A model generated the notes under the pieces. That model had not been told where the DNA came from, made no database searches, and was given only the letters and a program-made list of their open reading frames with translations. The position numbers and the translations under genes were made by a program. DNA of 64,000 nucleotides, from NCBI RefSeq assembly GCF_964204645.1, contig NC_134025.1, positions 26,206,299-26,270,298 on the forward strand, written 5' to 3'. Every line of letters begins with the position of its first letter. Positions within the stretch are counted from its first letter, which is position 1. Origin of the DNA: Tubulanus polymorphus (Eukaryota; Animalia; Nemertea). Below are positions 12,221-26,600 of the stretch, piece after piece.

Positions 12221-13449
12221 TTGACCTCACGGATGACATTTATTCTCATACAACAATTATACAAAATGCCAAGAGTACTCGAGGAATTAATGTAAGCTCC
12301 TCACGTGGACTTTCAAAAACAACTAGTAGTCCAACCACGCAGAGAATTATGGAATCGGGAACTGCTGTGAATATTCCCGGAGTCACCCCTCTTAGGGTTG
12401 AGGATAGTTCCGATCAAAACGACGAACCCGGAAATGAAATTCATGTATTTTAATTCATAATTTTTTTCAAGGTATTTAAATTCTATGAGTATATTCAATA
12501 CACGTTATAGTACCGTAGCAAATGCTTGTGCACCAGTCGTTTCTAGAATATTTCAAGGGATGCTGGTAATTTTTGTGTTTTTGCATAACGTTTTATTAGT
12601 CTGTGTTTTCTCCGTTTTTAACACACAAATATTTAAGTCTCTGATTTAAGACGAGCTTCACTTATGGCTAGGTACTAGATCTAAGGTGTAGGTCTATAAC
12701 CTAGCCATTCTTCCCAAAAAGGGAATCCCATGAAATGGTGTGGTATTCGGGACCAGTCCAGGGCAGCAGTAAACACGAGTCAGGAGGGCCTTGTGTGATG
12801 CAAAAAGTTTTTGTCCCCAGACCCCAGTGTCCTGGAATGGAAGACTTTACTAATATAGCCCATATAAAAAAGACACTAGGTTGCTGGGGTCAAAAACTTT
12901 TTGCATTAGACCCCTATGGACTCAAAGCTGGACCATCTGATTTATTGTTTATTTTTGCCAAAATTTTTGACCTCAACTAGGTTACATTCCTCATTATAAA
13001 CTCCTTTCAAAATATGTCAGTACTCCTGTCCCCATAACCTAATGTGCAGTGATTCATGTATTATCTTGCTGCGTTTTTATTTGACGTACCGACATATCAT
13101 TTTAGACTGAAGGAAGGTGGTAAGGACCACCCGGAATAGTTCTATAGGCCTATTTTCATGAACTTTTTAGTCATTCAATTAGGCCTAGGCCTATTATGGA
13201 ATCTACGTTCATTGTTTCATCATGGAGACTGTGATCAACTGATTCATTGCCAGTCAGGCTTGGCCTGGGGGCACTGGGGCCTCTGACACAAATTAATTGA
13301 TCTCACCTAGTATTCAAACTAGGTACCGTACAAAAAATATTTTTTCATAACATAGGCCTACCTGGGACAATTTGTAACACAAATTGATTTTCGTAAAAGT
13401 AGGTTTCAGACAGAATTACAGGCCTATTTAGGCATCACTTCATATACTG

Positions 13450-13558
13450 GGTCCAGTTCCACAGTTCTGAGTTAAGATCTAACTCTGAGTTAATCAAATA
13501 AATGAACTAACCTTTTTAACCCAGAGTTAACTCTAACTCAGAACTGTGGAACCGGGTC
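13450..13558. mobile_element. MITE family A, second copy
   Basis: ggtccagttccacagttctgagtta ... taactcagaactgtggaaccgggtc with CTG/CAG flanks. A degraded end of the same family is at ~55545-55620. Confidence 0.8.
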
Positions 13559-16500
13559 CAGCCTGTTACAATTTCATTTTTCACTCTTTCATGAGCTATT
13601 GTGCTTTATCTTTTAAAATTGATTGTGCCGGTATCTGATTTTACCATTCTTATCTAGAAATCTGATTGCGTAAATAATAGGATCAAATATTATAAAAGTG
13701 CGTACTTCTGCTTTTTTAGGTTAAACCTAAATATAAATCTGTTGAGTCAAGTTTAGTGTTTTTCATTTCAAACTCAAGAGATCTCTACAGTATGGAATTC
13801 TGACCAAAAGATTTTCTCAAGTCGATTCTTTAAACTGGGATTTTTTCATTCATATAATCAGTGACATCATAGCATCAGCACAAATGGATATTTAATTTGA
13901 AGGACTGACTTTGACCTTGAAATATCAATTCAATATCGTGGACAGTAAGGCTTCATCTCCTTGGTGACAGAGAATTAAACAAAATTTCTAAATAGATGGA
14001 GCTGTGAGGCATTGATTTTATTATCATAATGAAAGCATTTGTATCACATGACAGCATCACTTGGTCGTCGCTGACGACGACGTATAGATTCTGATGTAGC
14101 TGTATTGATTTTCTTGGCGTTCTGCTGTGGTAATCAGTGGATGTTAATCAGCTGTATTCATCGAGGTAGGTACAACAAAAATCTTGTTTCTTCACTGACT
14201 TTTTTCAGTAGGCATGTTATTAGAAAACGTAGTTTGAATTGACTAAAACTGCAAAATGATAAGTTGCTTATGAATTCGATATAATTGTTACTGGGCTTAG
14301 ATATACTCATTTTGCAAGCAGAAATCCATGGTGGGTATAGTATTGATGCCTATACCATATGGACATTGATGATTTCAGCCATGGTCAAAGGTTCGTGTAT
14401 GTTGTAGCATTTGCAATTATTGTTATATGGTTCTTTATAAAATTGTTGCAGTGATATCCAGGGTTGAAAACAGTGGATAAGTAGTCATTCAAAATGCATT
14501 TCATCACTGCGTTCAATTTTACATGAATGTCTTTTTTCATTGTCATTCGTTGCAGGAAAATGAATCGGGCACCTGGGATTTTTAGTATTCGAAACGTTTA
14601 AAACGATTTTCATGAGCCATGATTTAAAATTCAAATCGTTTGAATCGAAATAAGATATTCTGGTTTTGATGGTACAAATAATAGCCAAACTAATCTAACT
14701 ATGATGCTGGCATTCAGTTCTATCTAAGGTTTATGAAAATAGATGAAACATTTGTAACTGATATTTCAATGAAATTCCCTTATATTCATAAGCCTATATA
14801 CCAGGAACTTTTATAGAAATTGCTAATATTAATATTCCATTTAAAACGTTATACCAGATATGTTATTGGCTATTTGTATGTATTTACCGAATACGAAGCT
14901 GCAATGAATGAAGCTATTCTATATGATGAATTGTCGTGTCACTGGCACTGTATGAAATTTTAATTCGTCGTTAATTATTATTCACTTGATGAATATGGCC
15001 TGGAAGTGGGCTGTATCTGTTGAGTGCGTGTATGTGTGTCTATATATGATGAATATGTCTGGCTGCCAATATTGCTGTCGCTAGTCCTCATCATCAGCTT
15101 CAGAAATCAATCCGTCTAGAAGCCTTTGACAAATTAATCATCCACGTATTATTAATTATCATATGTTCACATTCTTATAAGCTGGTAATATTTACCTCGG
15201 ATTGATCTAAATCGCTGGACAGAGATCGTGTAAACCATCGAATAAATTATCCCTTGATCATAATTATATGCGTAGGCTATCAATGAAGTACAGATACAAT
15301 TTCTTTGCAAAGGTCAATTTTTTTTACTAAGAATGTTATTCAAGACATCCAATTAGATTTTTAGAAAAGAATTCAAATTTGGATGCAGAGTTATTTTGCT
15401 TTGAAGGATTTGTCTTCATGAGAGGTTCTTCATTTAAACTTTATTGATCTGTAATGAATATGGTGGCCTGGGGATGCAGTTTTGAATTTCATAATAGATA
15501 TTTTGCGGAGGGGTGAATTTTCATTAGGTTTTATTTTCATTCGTATTTTATGTTAGTGATATTTATGGATATACAGGTGCACGATACTCTCAAATTACGT
15601 TTCCAAAAACAGTAGTGTTTTCCATCGATGTATAATGGTATGAATACATGTTTTGACTAAAAATGTTCGTATGAAAATATCAGATCAATTTGTGAATATA
15701 TGAGACTAAGAATAAGGCTTTGAGTCCAAGTCAAATGCAAGCTTCATCATATCAGTAAGATCTAAGTGTGGGTTGGACAACTGTTAAAATCTTTCTTTGT
15801 GCCGACTTATAGACAGAAGCTGTAAGACAGCTGATCTCTCTGGGAGTAATTCGATTTCCAGCACGAAACAAGTCAGCAGCGGTTCAAGCGAAAGTTATCT
15901 TAGCATGTTTGCATTCGCAGCGAGATGTATCGCCAACTGGTAGTGCGCAGGGACTATTGTCGCATTGGTTCGATATTCATTATTCAAATTTTTTCATACC
16001 AAACCTGTGTTACAAGTCCCTGTGTGCAACACCATTTAATGTTGTTTCCCGCTTCAAAACCTGATAAGCCGTCTCTTACTTTCAAATCATAAGGAACTTT
16101 GAATTACATGTAGTACAGATTTTTTCAAGAAAAAAATGGGATGGCAATAGGAAAGAAAACAAAAATTTTTTTTTTTTTATAATAGGCGTTTTTAAAGTCC
16201 AAGTAATACTGGAGCCATACTCCAAGTAATTAGAAAAAGGCATTTGAACGATTTGTATCCCATATAGCAGTTCAAAAGAAAATACATATATAATGACCTA
16301 AGCATGTTGTATTTAGATCAAATCTCCATGCTGGTTGAATTTTATAAAAGTTTTTTTGTAAAAACATATTTATCGCCTGAAACATTGCCTTTCATAAAGT
16401 TACAAAAGAAAATAGAAGTTACATGTTTAATGCACAAGGAGCGTTAAGCTCTTTTTAAGTAACATACAATTTAACTATTAATTTACTCCAAATTTTGATA

Positions 16501-17610
16501 TGAAAACCTGAATGAAACTTTTAACAATATATGTCTAACATCAAAAACCATAAATGCCATCGATGACTGGCTGTTGTTTTGGTGTAAATGTTACCATGGT
16601 AACCGCAGAGACCCAAGAGTCGTTAGCAATAAAGTTACTCGTAGATTTTCCAATTCCGTATTCAGTACTGATCTACCTGTTGCATGTGTTGCAATATGTC
16701 CTGGTATCATAATTTGAGGAACTAGAAAAAAAATCTGCAGTTGATTGTTCCAACTGACGTTAATTTTATCTTGTCATTTAATGATTACTCCAAGGTTTTA
16801 TGAAATTAGAAGCTCCATGAAAGAGGAATGTACAGGTCATATTCGGCTGTAGACCATGATGGATATTTAGAAATAATTTTTGGCCCGTCCTCAAAAATCG
16901 TTCATTGTTTCAAAGTTCTAAAAGTGGGAATGTAAAGGCAAATCACTGAATCGATTATTGAGAAATTATTTTTTCACTGTCAAATTGATTCATATTTAGC
17001 TGACAAGTTTTTCTCCATCTTTATACAAATTTTTCTTTAATCAACGTAGTTCTATTGGAAGCGTTTTTAATGATTATAAGAAAGTGAGCTCGTTTTTAAT
17101 CGTTTTTTGTTTGTGAATTTTGGGATCCACCCATGTATTGAATTATCTGTCATTCCGTTTGAAATTAATGCTATGAACAAGTCACAGGTGGTGGTGTATA
17201 ATACATGTACATAAATGCCTGGTGACTGGAAGCAGGATAATAATATTCCCAGGTTCGGTTTTTGATCAATGGATTATTTATTCCATGAGCTTAACCCGCA
17301 TTCAAATATATTGCATAACACTAAAAACAGCAAATAAATGTTATTTCCAGTTACGGATTAGAGTCAGTTTGTGGTGTGTGCATTGTATGTTATGCAGAAA
17401 TTATAACGCCATTTCAATTTGTTTTGTCCCCGGAGACCTACGACTATCGGTCGCTGTTGTTGATTTTTTACTCAGTTTATTCATCTATTCGCTAGTTCTA
17501 TGTATCATATGTTTCTGACATCGAGTGTATGTCTATATTTTACAGGAATTATGAACTGGTTAAGTCTGGTGGTTGAACCCTAAAGAAGTGTTACACCAGT
17601 AGACTAACAA

Positions 17611-17645
17611 CAGCAGCAGCAGCTACAGCAGCAGCGACAGCAGCA
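17611..17645 (+). repeat. Interrupted (CAG)n tract in the VPS13 5' UTR, directly before the ATG
   Basis: cagcagcagcagctacagcagcagcgacagcagca ends 5 nt before ATG 17651. An acceptor tttacag at 17545 implies an upstream non-coding exon. Confidence 0.85.
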
Positions 17646-17650
17646 CCATC

Positions 17651-20600
17651 ATGGTGTTTGAAAGCTTAGTGGCTGACTTGTTGAATCGCTACTTGGGCAA
17701 ATATATCCAGAATTTGAACACAGAGAATCTAGATGTTGGCATATTCAGCGGTAAGTTCAACGGTTTAATCAGTTATAGCATGGACTCTAAAAAAGTCCAT
17801 GCAAATTGCAAGATATTCCTTCCAAACCAGTTTTGATAGAAAACAGGATGCACATGAAAATTTGTGTAAAATCAAGAGGGGAAATTATTAGTGACTTGGC
17901 AATTGGTTATTCTGTGTGGGTACAAACTGCAGGGGTCTAGTCTTAGAATATTAGTTCCTTAGGATCCGTCATCATGAAATTACTTTCAAACTGACACCTC
18001 AAGGTGAATATGATGCTGCTATGATATACACATGTACAATGTTTGGAAAATACGAAACTGGATTATATGCCTTTGTGGAGGGTGAAACTGCCCTAGACAT
18101 TTTTCCTCCATTGTTCTTTCAGCGTGATGATGAATAATGATTCCACTATCTCACAGGCGGAATCAATGCGAAATTACTGTTTTGTTAATATCATTTTGAT
18201 TTATTCGCTTTATTTATTGCCTGAACATTCGTTGCAAGGATTATTTCCTCCTATATTCCGCTTTCAATGAATTTGCTGTATGTCGACATATAGACTCGGT
18301 TGAGATAAATTGATGATAGTATTATATCGACTGCCAACAGAAGCGATACGTGGAATTAGAATTAAATTTACCAGCGCAGGAGACATTATCAAGTCTATAG
18401 AATACTGGTTATCTGACTTCATCTGCAAATGTTTTACATTAGTCGACTCCACAATGAGAGTGATATGTAGAATTTGAATTAAATTCACCTGCAGGAGCCA
18501 TTATCAATTTCATCGTATTCTGGTTGTCTGACTTCATCGACAAATGTTTTACCATTAGTCGGTATAATATATGAAAAGAAATTCATAATTCATTATAATC
18601 ATGTTTGCGATTTAGCCCTCTTCATCAACGCTCGGAGTGGATTTATTTCTGTCCCGGTATTATTGATTATATGTTATTATTACTTAATAAATGTACTACA
18701 CGGCTCTCCTCGAGTCAGACTGTTAATATACAGCTGCGAGGAATAAAGAAAAATGAAAATCGGCTTTTAATTAAATAAAGCTTAATTCAATACTCACAAT
18801 TGAATACTCTGTTACTCAACGAATCTCACGTTGTAATTAGTTTCCGCTAGACGTTCTTCTGTCGTTCGTACCCTGTGGATAAATCTTACTTTTTATGCCT
18901 TGTAAATGCCATAAGTCACCACGCTGGCAGTTCGACACTAGCTGGCGGTATTTTGACATTTTCAGCGAAATTACTGTGAAAGCCTATCTATCAAAGCGCC
19001 GTAGACTTATTATTTTTCAATTTACTTTCATTATTTCGCGTGAAAATCTCTGAGACTGAACTCGCTGAAAAACGTTGAATAATGAAAATGCGACTAAGAG
19101 TTGACATTCGTTTAGACTAACATTTATATTGATGAGTTTCAATTGTTCATTTTAGGACAAGTTGAACTTTCACATCTTCAGTTAAAACCTGAGGCATTGG
19201 TAAGTCATGAATCGATACTGTAATGATACATGCCTGACAAAATAAATCCCTGACATTTTGAATTATGTTCGATTTTGTTCATATTGCAGTTTGAACTCGA
19301 TTTACCAATTGAAGTTAAAGCTGGTTATGTCGGTAAGTAATTGAAAAGTCATTCATTTCTGCATCGACGCAGATAACTGTCACTTCCTTATAAGGAGTTA
19401 GCATCCCCGAGGACCCACCTACATAGAATCAATATTTCATTGCTGCAAAGACACATTTTATTATCATGGTGTGGTCACGATTGTTAATCAGATTTGACGT
19501 AGATATCGATCTTTGCAACGAATACTGGCGCTTGTTTTCTTTAACGCTTGTATTCATCGTGAAAAAAGTACTCATGCCTCCTCGATCATCTTCCTGATAA
19601 TTTTCGGATACATCTACGTAGTGTAAAGGCTTATTTATAGAATGATCGTGACAATTCTCTCGTAGTGTGACATTTATGATGACCTGTGGTGCTGAGGCCA
19701 TCAGAAGACATACTGAAATATACCCTTATAGCCTTATCATGCCTTTCATAGAATAGGTGAAACTGAAGTCAAGCAAATGATGATATCAATAATTTATTAA
19801 TCTCTTGTTGCGTTATGAGTGGATGATATTTCAAATACCTGGTATCAGTGAGCACATTGATGTGATATAAGAACAAATGTTTCAAATGTCAGGACAGTCA
19901 CTCTGAGAATGCATGTTCATCTCGAAAATCATCAGTGAATATCATAATAATCAGGGTTTAAGTTACAAATATGGACTGTTAACTATAACATCTGATTTTC
20001 AAAATTCACATCAGGTTCAGCTTTTAGTTTCTCCCTGTAAAACACGATAAGCCATTAGAAGCATATTCTAATGGCTTGTGATTAATTATCAGAACTTTGA
20101 AATTCAATTTAATCGCTAATCATGGTATGGGCTTTTGATTGGTAATTAGTCTAAAAGCGACATATGGATGTTGAAAGACAGGGTATCTTGATGTATAAGA
20201 TTGATAGATGTTTAATATATACCCTACTGCTATATATCAAGAAGCTGATTTTCCTTCTGGGCAGGATTTTTTTTTCAAGTTCGACCATCCTCAGCTGGTT
20301 TGTAGTGTGGGTTAGATTCTAACCAGATGGTTTTTATATGGTCAGTCGTCTTGCCCCTTGGTAGACGATGTATGGTGGTGATTCATTGTAATTGCCATTC
20401 GCAAAGCGTTTCATATCACTGCCTGCCTGTCTCCGTGGATGATTGATAAGATAAACACGGGCTTGTCTTTGGCATTAAGATTGTGCGACAGAGTATCATC
20501 GAGCTATTAACCTTGCAGTGAGCAATAAGCAATACCGTAACTGTTATTTTCCCGCTTTTTAGGTAAGATCAAAGTGAATATACCGTGGACAAGTTTATAC

Positions 20601-23600
20601 ACTTTACCAGTTATTGCTACATTGGATGATGTATATATCCTCGCCGGGCCGGTGTCCGATCGAAAATATGAAGGTGCCGAACAAGAGAAAGCATTCCTTA
20701 ATGCCATAAAGCGTCAAAAACTCGCGAAGTTAGAAAACCCATCATTAGGAAATGGTACGTCGGAAATGAATCGTTAATCACAATGATACCTGTTGAATCT
20801 GAAGTAGCGTTTCTTGATGTTATAGATTTGTTCTCTTCATTCCAGAAAAAGAAGATGATCCTGGTTTTTTTGACAAATTGGCATCAACTATAATCAACAA
20901 CATTCAAGTAAGGAGATAAGAGATTCATGTAATCAGTCATTTGCATCGAAAAACCTGTGAATTGTGAAATATTTTCACATTCGATTTCTAGGTGTTTGTA
21001 AAAAACATTCACATTCGTTATGAAGATAAGGTTACGAATCCTGATCATCCATTTGCGTGTGGTATCACAATTAAGAGCCTTTCAGCTGAAACTACCAACA
21101 AACAATGGCAGGTGACACATATAGATGCCAATGCACCAATGATTCACAAGGTATGTCAGGTTTAAGTATGCCGAGTATTTTGATCAGTCTGGGTTAGAAT
21201 AATATTGCTGATGAAAATGAACTGTAACAAGATTCAATGTAGACGTATATCTGCTGCATTTTAGTGATGAAACTTTTTACCTTTTATCTTATTTTTTGTA
21301 GGTGGTATCATTGGATGGCTTGTCAGTATACTGGAATCCATATCTACCTGAACAGAGTCTTGTGAAATTGAAGCTTCACACTGATGCATGGCGGGTAAAC
21401 ACAGTTTATTCGCTTATGAAAAGTAATACTGAAGCAATTATTCTCCGCTTTATTTCTCATGATATACTCGTGATTTGTTACAGAATCTTCTGAAGAATTC
21501 CATTGAATCACATAGTATTATGAATGAGGACTTTGATTTTAGTGAGTACATCTTCAGTATATATAGTGGTTATTATACAAACAAAGGCGTTTTCTAATGA
21601 AGATTTCTCCTTTGTTTTCAGTTGTAAAACCAGTCTCAGCTGTCATGAAAGTCATTCTCAATAAATCAGATGAGTTTTCCTTGCCTAAGATATTAGTGGA
21701 TTTCTTGTTGAAGGATTTTGACGTCATGATCTCCCGACAACAAGTGAGTACTGCCTTTGCTAGTAGCCTGCATTTTGTGACTTCACGATGTCTAACTAGA
21801 TATTATGATTGACAAGTCTCACATGATTTTCTCCCACTTTTTCCAGTTTCTCAATATTCTCAGTCTTGCCGAATCATTCAAAATGATGAAAGTCAACGAA
21901 CTCTATCGCAAGTACAGACCAAATGTCCCCTTGCGAGGTAATGCAAAAATGTGGTGGCGGTATGCTTTTACGGCCTATGTTGAAAACTTCTATCGACCAT
22001 ACACCTGGAAGCATATCAAAGAACACAGGTAAATCTGGTGGATAATTTCATTCATTTTTATTTCAGTAGCTGTTAGGTTTTTATAAATGAATTATTGAAA
22101 TTTCAGAAACCTGTATCGCAAGTATAAAGATGCATTCAAAAAGTACCTAGAAGACAGGTCTGACCAGAAAGTAAGAAGCAGTCTGCTTCAAATGGAAGAT
22201 AACCTTGACCTTACGAATATTGTTCTTGCTCGAGAAGAAGCCAAACTTCAGGTCGGTATAACCGGGGACGTGGCCTCCCTGATATAATAGAGCTGAGAAT
22301 TGAATAAATGATAGACTTCTGAAAATATTGCAGTATCTGCATGAAGCCCCTGAAAGAGCCAAACGCAAGAAAAAAGAAAGCTGGTTCGCTGGTTGGTTTA
22401 GTTCTGATGATGAAGAGGAAATTGACATCGCCCCAGATAAGAATAGAGGTTTGATATACTTGGAGTTGTTTGATATAATCATTGAATTATTATGTATTGA
22501 TATATTTTTATATTTTACTCTTCGGAATTTAGACTGGTTTTCTAAACTGACCCCTGAAGAAAAGAAACAATTCTATGAAGGCATTGGTTATGATGAAAAT
22601 GCTAATGTAGTGGATCGACCGGCTGATGTAAGGAAGGACATTCAACAGTTATTGAATTCTTGTTTTTCATGCATTAGAATATGTATGGTACCAGTGTTTG
22701 ATTTCAATTCTTTTATTATTTTCAGTACATTGAACATAAAGTGAACGTTCATCTGAAAAGCTGCGTTTTAACCTTGGTTAATTATGGAAAAGAAGTTTTG
22801 AGAATGTCTGTAACTAATTTGATATCGGCATTGGAAAATCGCCCACAGTCAAATGGAATGAGGTAGATTCATTGTATATCATTTCGTTGACATTTGCTTC
22901 TATTTGTTGTGAATGAATGCTTCCTGAAATGAGTTCTCTACCAAACATAAACATGTGGGTCTGCGTTTCTATTTATATTCAAAGCCTTCATGAATTTTTT
23001 AGGGTTATAATGCACGCTGAAGCGAAAAGGTTAATGAATGCACCTGTGAATATGACCAAAAATTTAGAGTGGTGTTGGTTATTCAAGAAATTGATCTTCA
23101 TTGATTTTTCATTTTGCACATTCAATTAATTAATCATGAGGAGCTCTACATTTGAGATGTTCAATTTGTTTCTTTTAATGAATGACAAAATTTATTTTAG
23201 TTTCTCAATGCGTAAAATTAGTCCGCCATTCGAAATGTATGACTTGATGCTTTTTTTCATTTTCAAAATCCTTAATAATGTTAATTTCAATATAGAGTGA
23301 CTGGGAAGACTGAAAGTTTCATTGTTGAAGGTGCATCAATAGAACATGATCTAGTTCCTATTATTACATCTGACATTGGAGTTTATGGTAAGTTACGCCG
23401 CAAACTTCCTTGATAAGGAATGAATCATAGTAACACTATGCTTATCTTGCTGGGTATATTGGTCTTCATCTTGTTGGGGAATAAGTCCTTTTATTCTCGC
23501 TACAAGTTTACCTGCAATATATGGCCATGGTTGAAGAACCCACTTTCTATCATCTGGATTTTTTTGGCAAAGTTATTCAGTGGCAGGTTAAGACGGATTC

Positions 23601-26600
23601 AATATGCTGAGTTCAGCTTTTTTCATTCGGGAATCAGTATATTTATCCAAATATTAAACGATAAAACACAATCAAATATCGGAGATCCTTTGAATATATT
23701 TCAGACTTAACGGGATCTATGTTAAATTTGTGTTTCGAACGCGAAGGCCAACTTAGTAAGAGTCACTAACACTCTCAGTGTTGCCTTGATTGCATATTGT
23801 CAAACTATCTTCCTTCTTGGGTTCATGCGTAACTCGTGTTTTTCATTGTTCATATCATTCCCTTCAATTCGCTGAGCAGCCGCTTGTGCACAAAAGATGG
23901 CAATCAATAGATATTATCAAAACCTGTGTATTTCAAATACCATATTAATGCTTATGCTGTACCAACAGAGAATTATGAAATGCTGCAGATTAAATAAGTA
24001 TGATGTTCTGACGATTTTGACTAATGTATTTCATGCCCATTTTCATGATTTCTAGCTTTAACTGGTAAGAGAGCATTAAGCATTACGCTTTCTATTTGAA
24101 GTGCCAATTTGTGAAACAGGTTTTTAACTGTAGATTCATTTACAGTTTCCCAAAATTATCTTCTTATTCCTATTCAATAGGATTCTGTACACGCAAAAAA
24201 TTCAGCTTTGATAAGCAAGAATTTCACATGATATTGAATTTCTATTCACTCAATTTTTAAAGGCTTATGTTTGGGGTTTATTTTTTCTATAAATCTGATT
24301 GCTAATTTGTGTGGATTTTTTTCAAGAGCTGTTTCACAAAACATATCACTTCAAATTTATTTGACGTCATACTACTATCTTTTGTATAAAGGATTTAGCT
24401 TTTCGAAATTCTTATTACGATGTATTTTTTTGGAATTACACCTGAACGAAGCCTGTACTAAAAGCTATTTAATACTTTATGCAGAGCTTTAAGGTTCTTC
24501 TATCTGAAATGAATGCTTGTTTCGAGAGAGCTTTTCATAAGGATGAACGCAGGTGTTCTACTAAAGAACCTGGCTGTTAACCCTTTAAGCTCTGAAACGT
24601 GGACAAAGACATCGGCTTGTTTTTGCTGCCTCACATTTTACTCATCCTATTTCTTGGTTTGCAGTTCAAAAGCTATTTATGATATGATTTCCACATTTTG
24701 TGAAATTGATATAATGAAATTTGTTATTACTATCGGTGCATGCATTAATGATAATTCCCTTGGACCAGCCTCATACTTGCCTCAGCTTCTGAAGGACATT
24801 TTTCAAATCACTGATGATGTTTTTTTTAATATTGTAGTTGTAGCTGCTTATAATTATGAATGTTGTTTGATTGTGATTATTGTGTGCTTTTTCAAATAAA
24901 TTTTTTCGTGTATTATCATTTCATGATAAAAACCTTCTTCTGATTATGAATTATTTTTCAAACATTTAGCCCTTATATAACATACTATAATTTAGCATGC
25001 TATCACCAATCTCAAAGCTCACATCGGATTTTTTTCCTAAACTGAAATCATTTGTTTTTCAATCCTCTATGGATTTGATCCACAGTATGTACGTACATTT
25101 GGTGTGGCACATGAATCTGTTCCAAGGGTGTTTATCAATGAAAATCAGTTTTCATCTGAGATAGTTCAACATTCCAAATACCAAACTGAGAATGAAATTT
25201 TAAGTTAGATCGATAGAATTGTCTTGGTATAGATTGATTTAAGTTATATTTACGATTTCTTCCAGCACCTTCCCAACTATCGGAGGTTTTCAGCGTGGAT
25301 GTGAATATCAATCCACCAAACAAAGAAGCAGACATCGCTGCCAAACTCTGCGTACAACCTGTTGAAATTGTCTATGATGAGGTATGAAAGTTTTTCTAAA
25401 TATAACACGCTATCGTTTCCTATCTTAGATGTTTAACATGAGCGCTTTCTTTCAGCATTCTGTGAATGAGGTGATTGCATTCTTCCAAGTTCCGCACAAA
25501 ATAGTTGACGATGTGAAATCAGTAGCGATTAAAAAGCTAAAAACATTACAAGAATTCAGCCGCGCCGGATTACAATACGCAATTGACAATCATAAGGTAA
25601 AGTTCGTTGAGAAATCCGCTGGAATATACTACTATATATTTTGTAATGCTATAGATGATATTTTAATGGCTGTGGTCATATGTGATGAATTTATCATTCT
25701 TTGTAGATGATCGATTTATCTGTTGACATGAGATCACCATACATAGTCATCCCTGAGTATGGAACACTGCACAGGTAAGAAAGCAACTGAAGTAATAATT
25801 CTGTTTATTACAACTTTTCGCTCTGGATGCTCTTAGATAAGATTTCTATTCTGATGTTCATGTTTTCACAGAGGAGGAAATGTACTTGTCATCGATCTTG
25901 GTAAACTAAAAGTACAGAGCGAATTACAGCCTAAAAACCAGTCATTAGAGGTATGTAAACTTCTTTGGACTTGCAGTCATCTCTTATTCAAGTGTTACTA
26001 TCATGGACAGTTTGTCTTTTCAGAACGCGACTATGACGGAGATTGAATCACGTTTATACGACAAGTTCAATCTGACTGTAACTGACGTCAAATTGCTTCT
26101 TGCCGATTCGGGTGATGACTGGCATACAGCGCAAACTCAACCAGAATCAGAGTACCACATCTTGCCTAATGTTGAGCTTAAAATGTCACTATTCAATTCG
26201 ATAAAACCGGAATACAAACAACTACCTAGGTATCAAATAGTATTTCCGTTTTAGAGCAAAAGTAAATTATTTCCATGTAGATTACTAAAAGTTTTGTATT
26301 CTTTTATCCAGGCAAAAGGTGCAAGCTAGTTTGCCAACACTTAAGGTGAACGTGTCTGATCATAAGATCATCATGTTAGCGATGTTCTTCCGTAACATTC
26401 CGATACCTAATAGTGAGAGTATGCCGGCATTAATTGAGGATACAGTCGACGCGCCAGTTGAGTCTGGTGTCCTTGGCATCATGGTATGTGTTTCATAAAT
26501 GCCTTTTTTACATAATGTTATTGTTGATTCAACTAGATTAGTGCTCACATGATGAATCTGGTTATTCATATAGGATATGAAACAATGTCAAAAAGATGCA

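Noticed and set aside
14060-14100. Minus-strand peptide IRIYTSSSATTK resembling SH3BGRL exon 1
   Set aside because: No ATG or good phase-0 donor; the true exon 1 is at 11630-11586.
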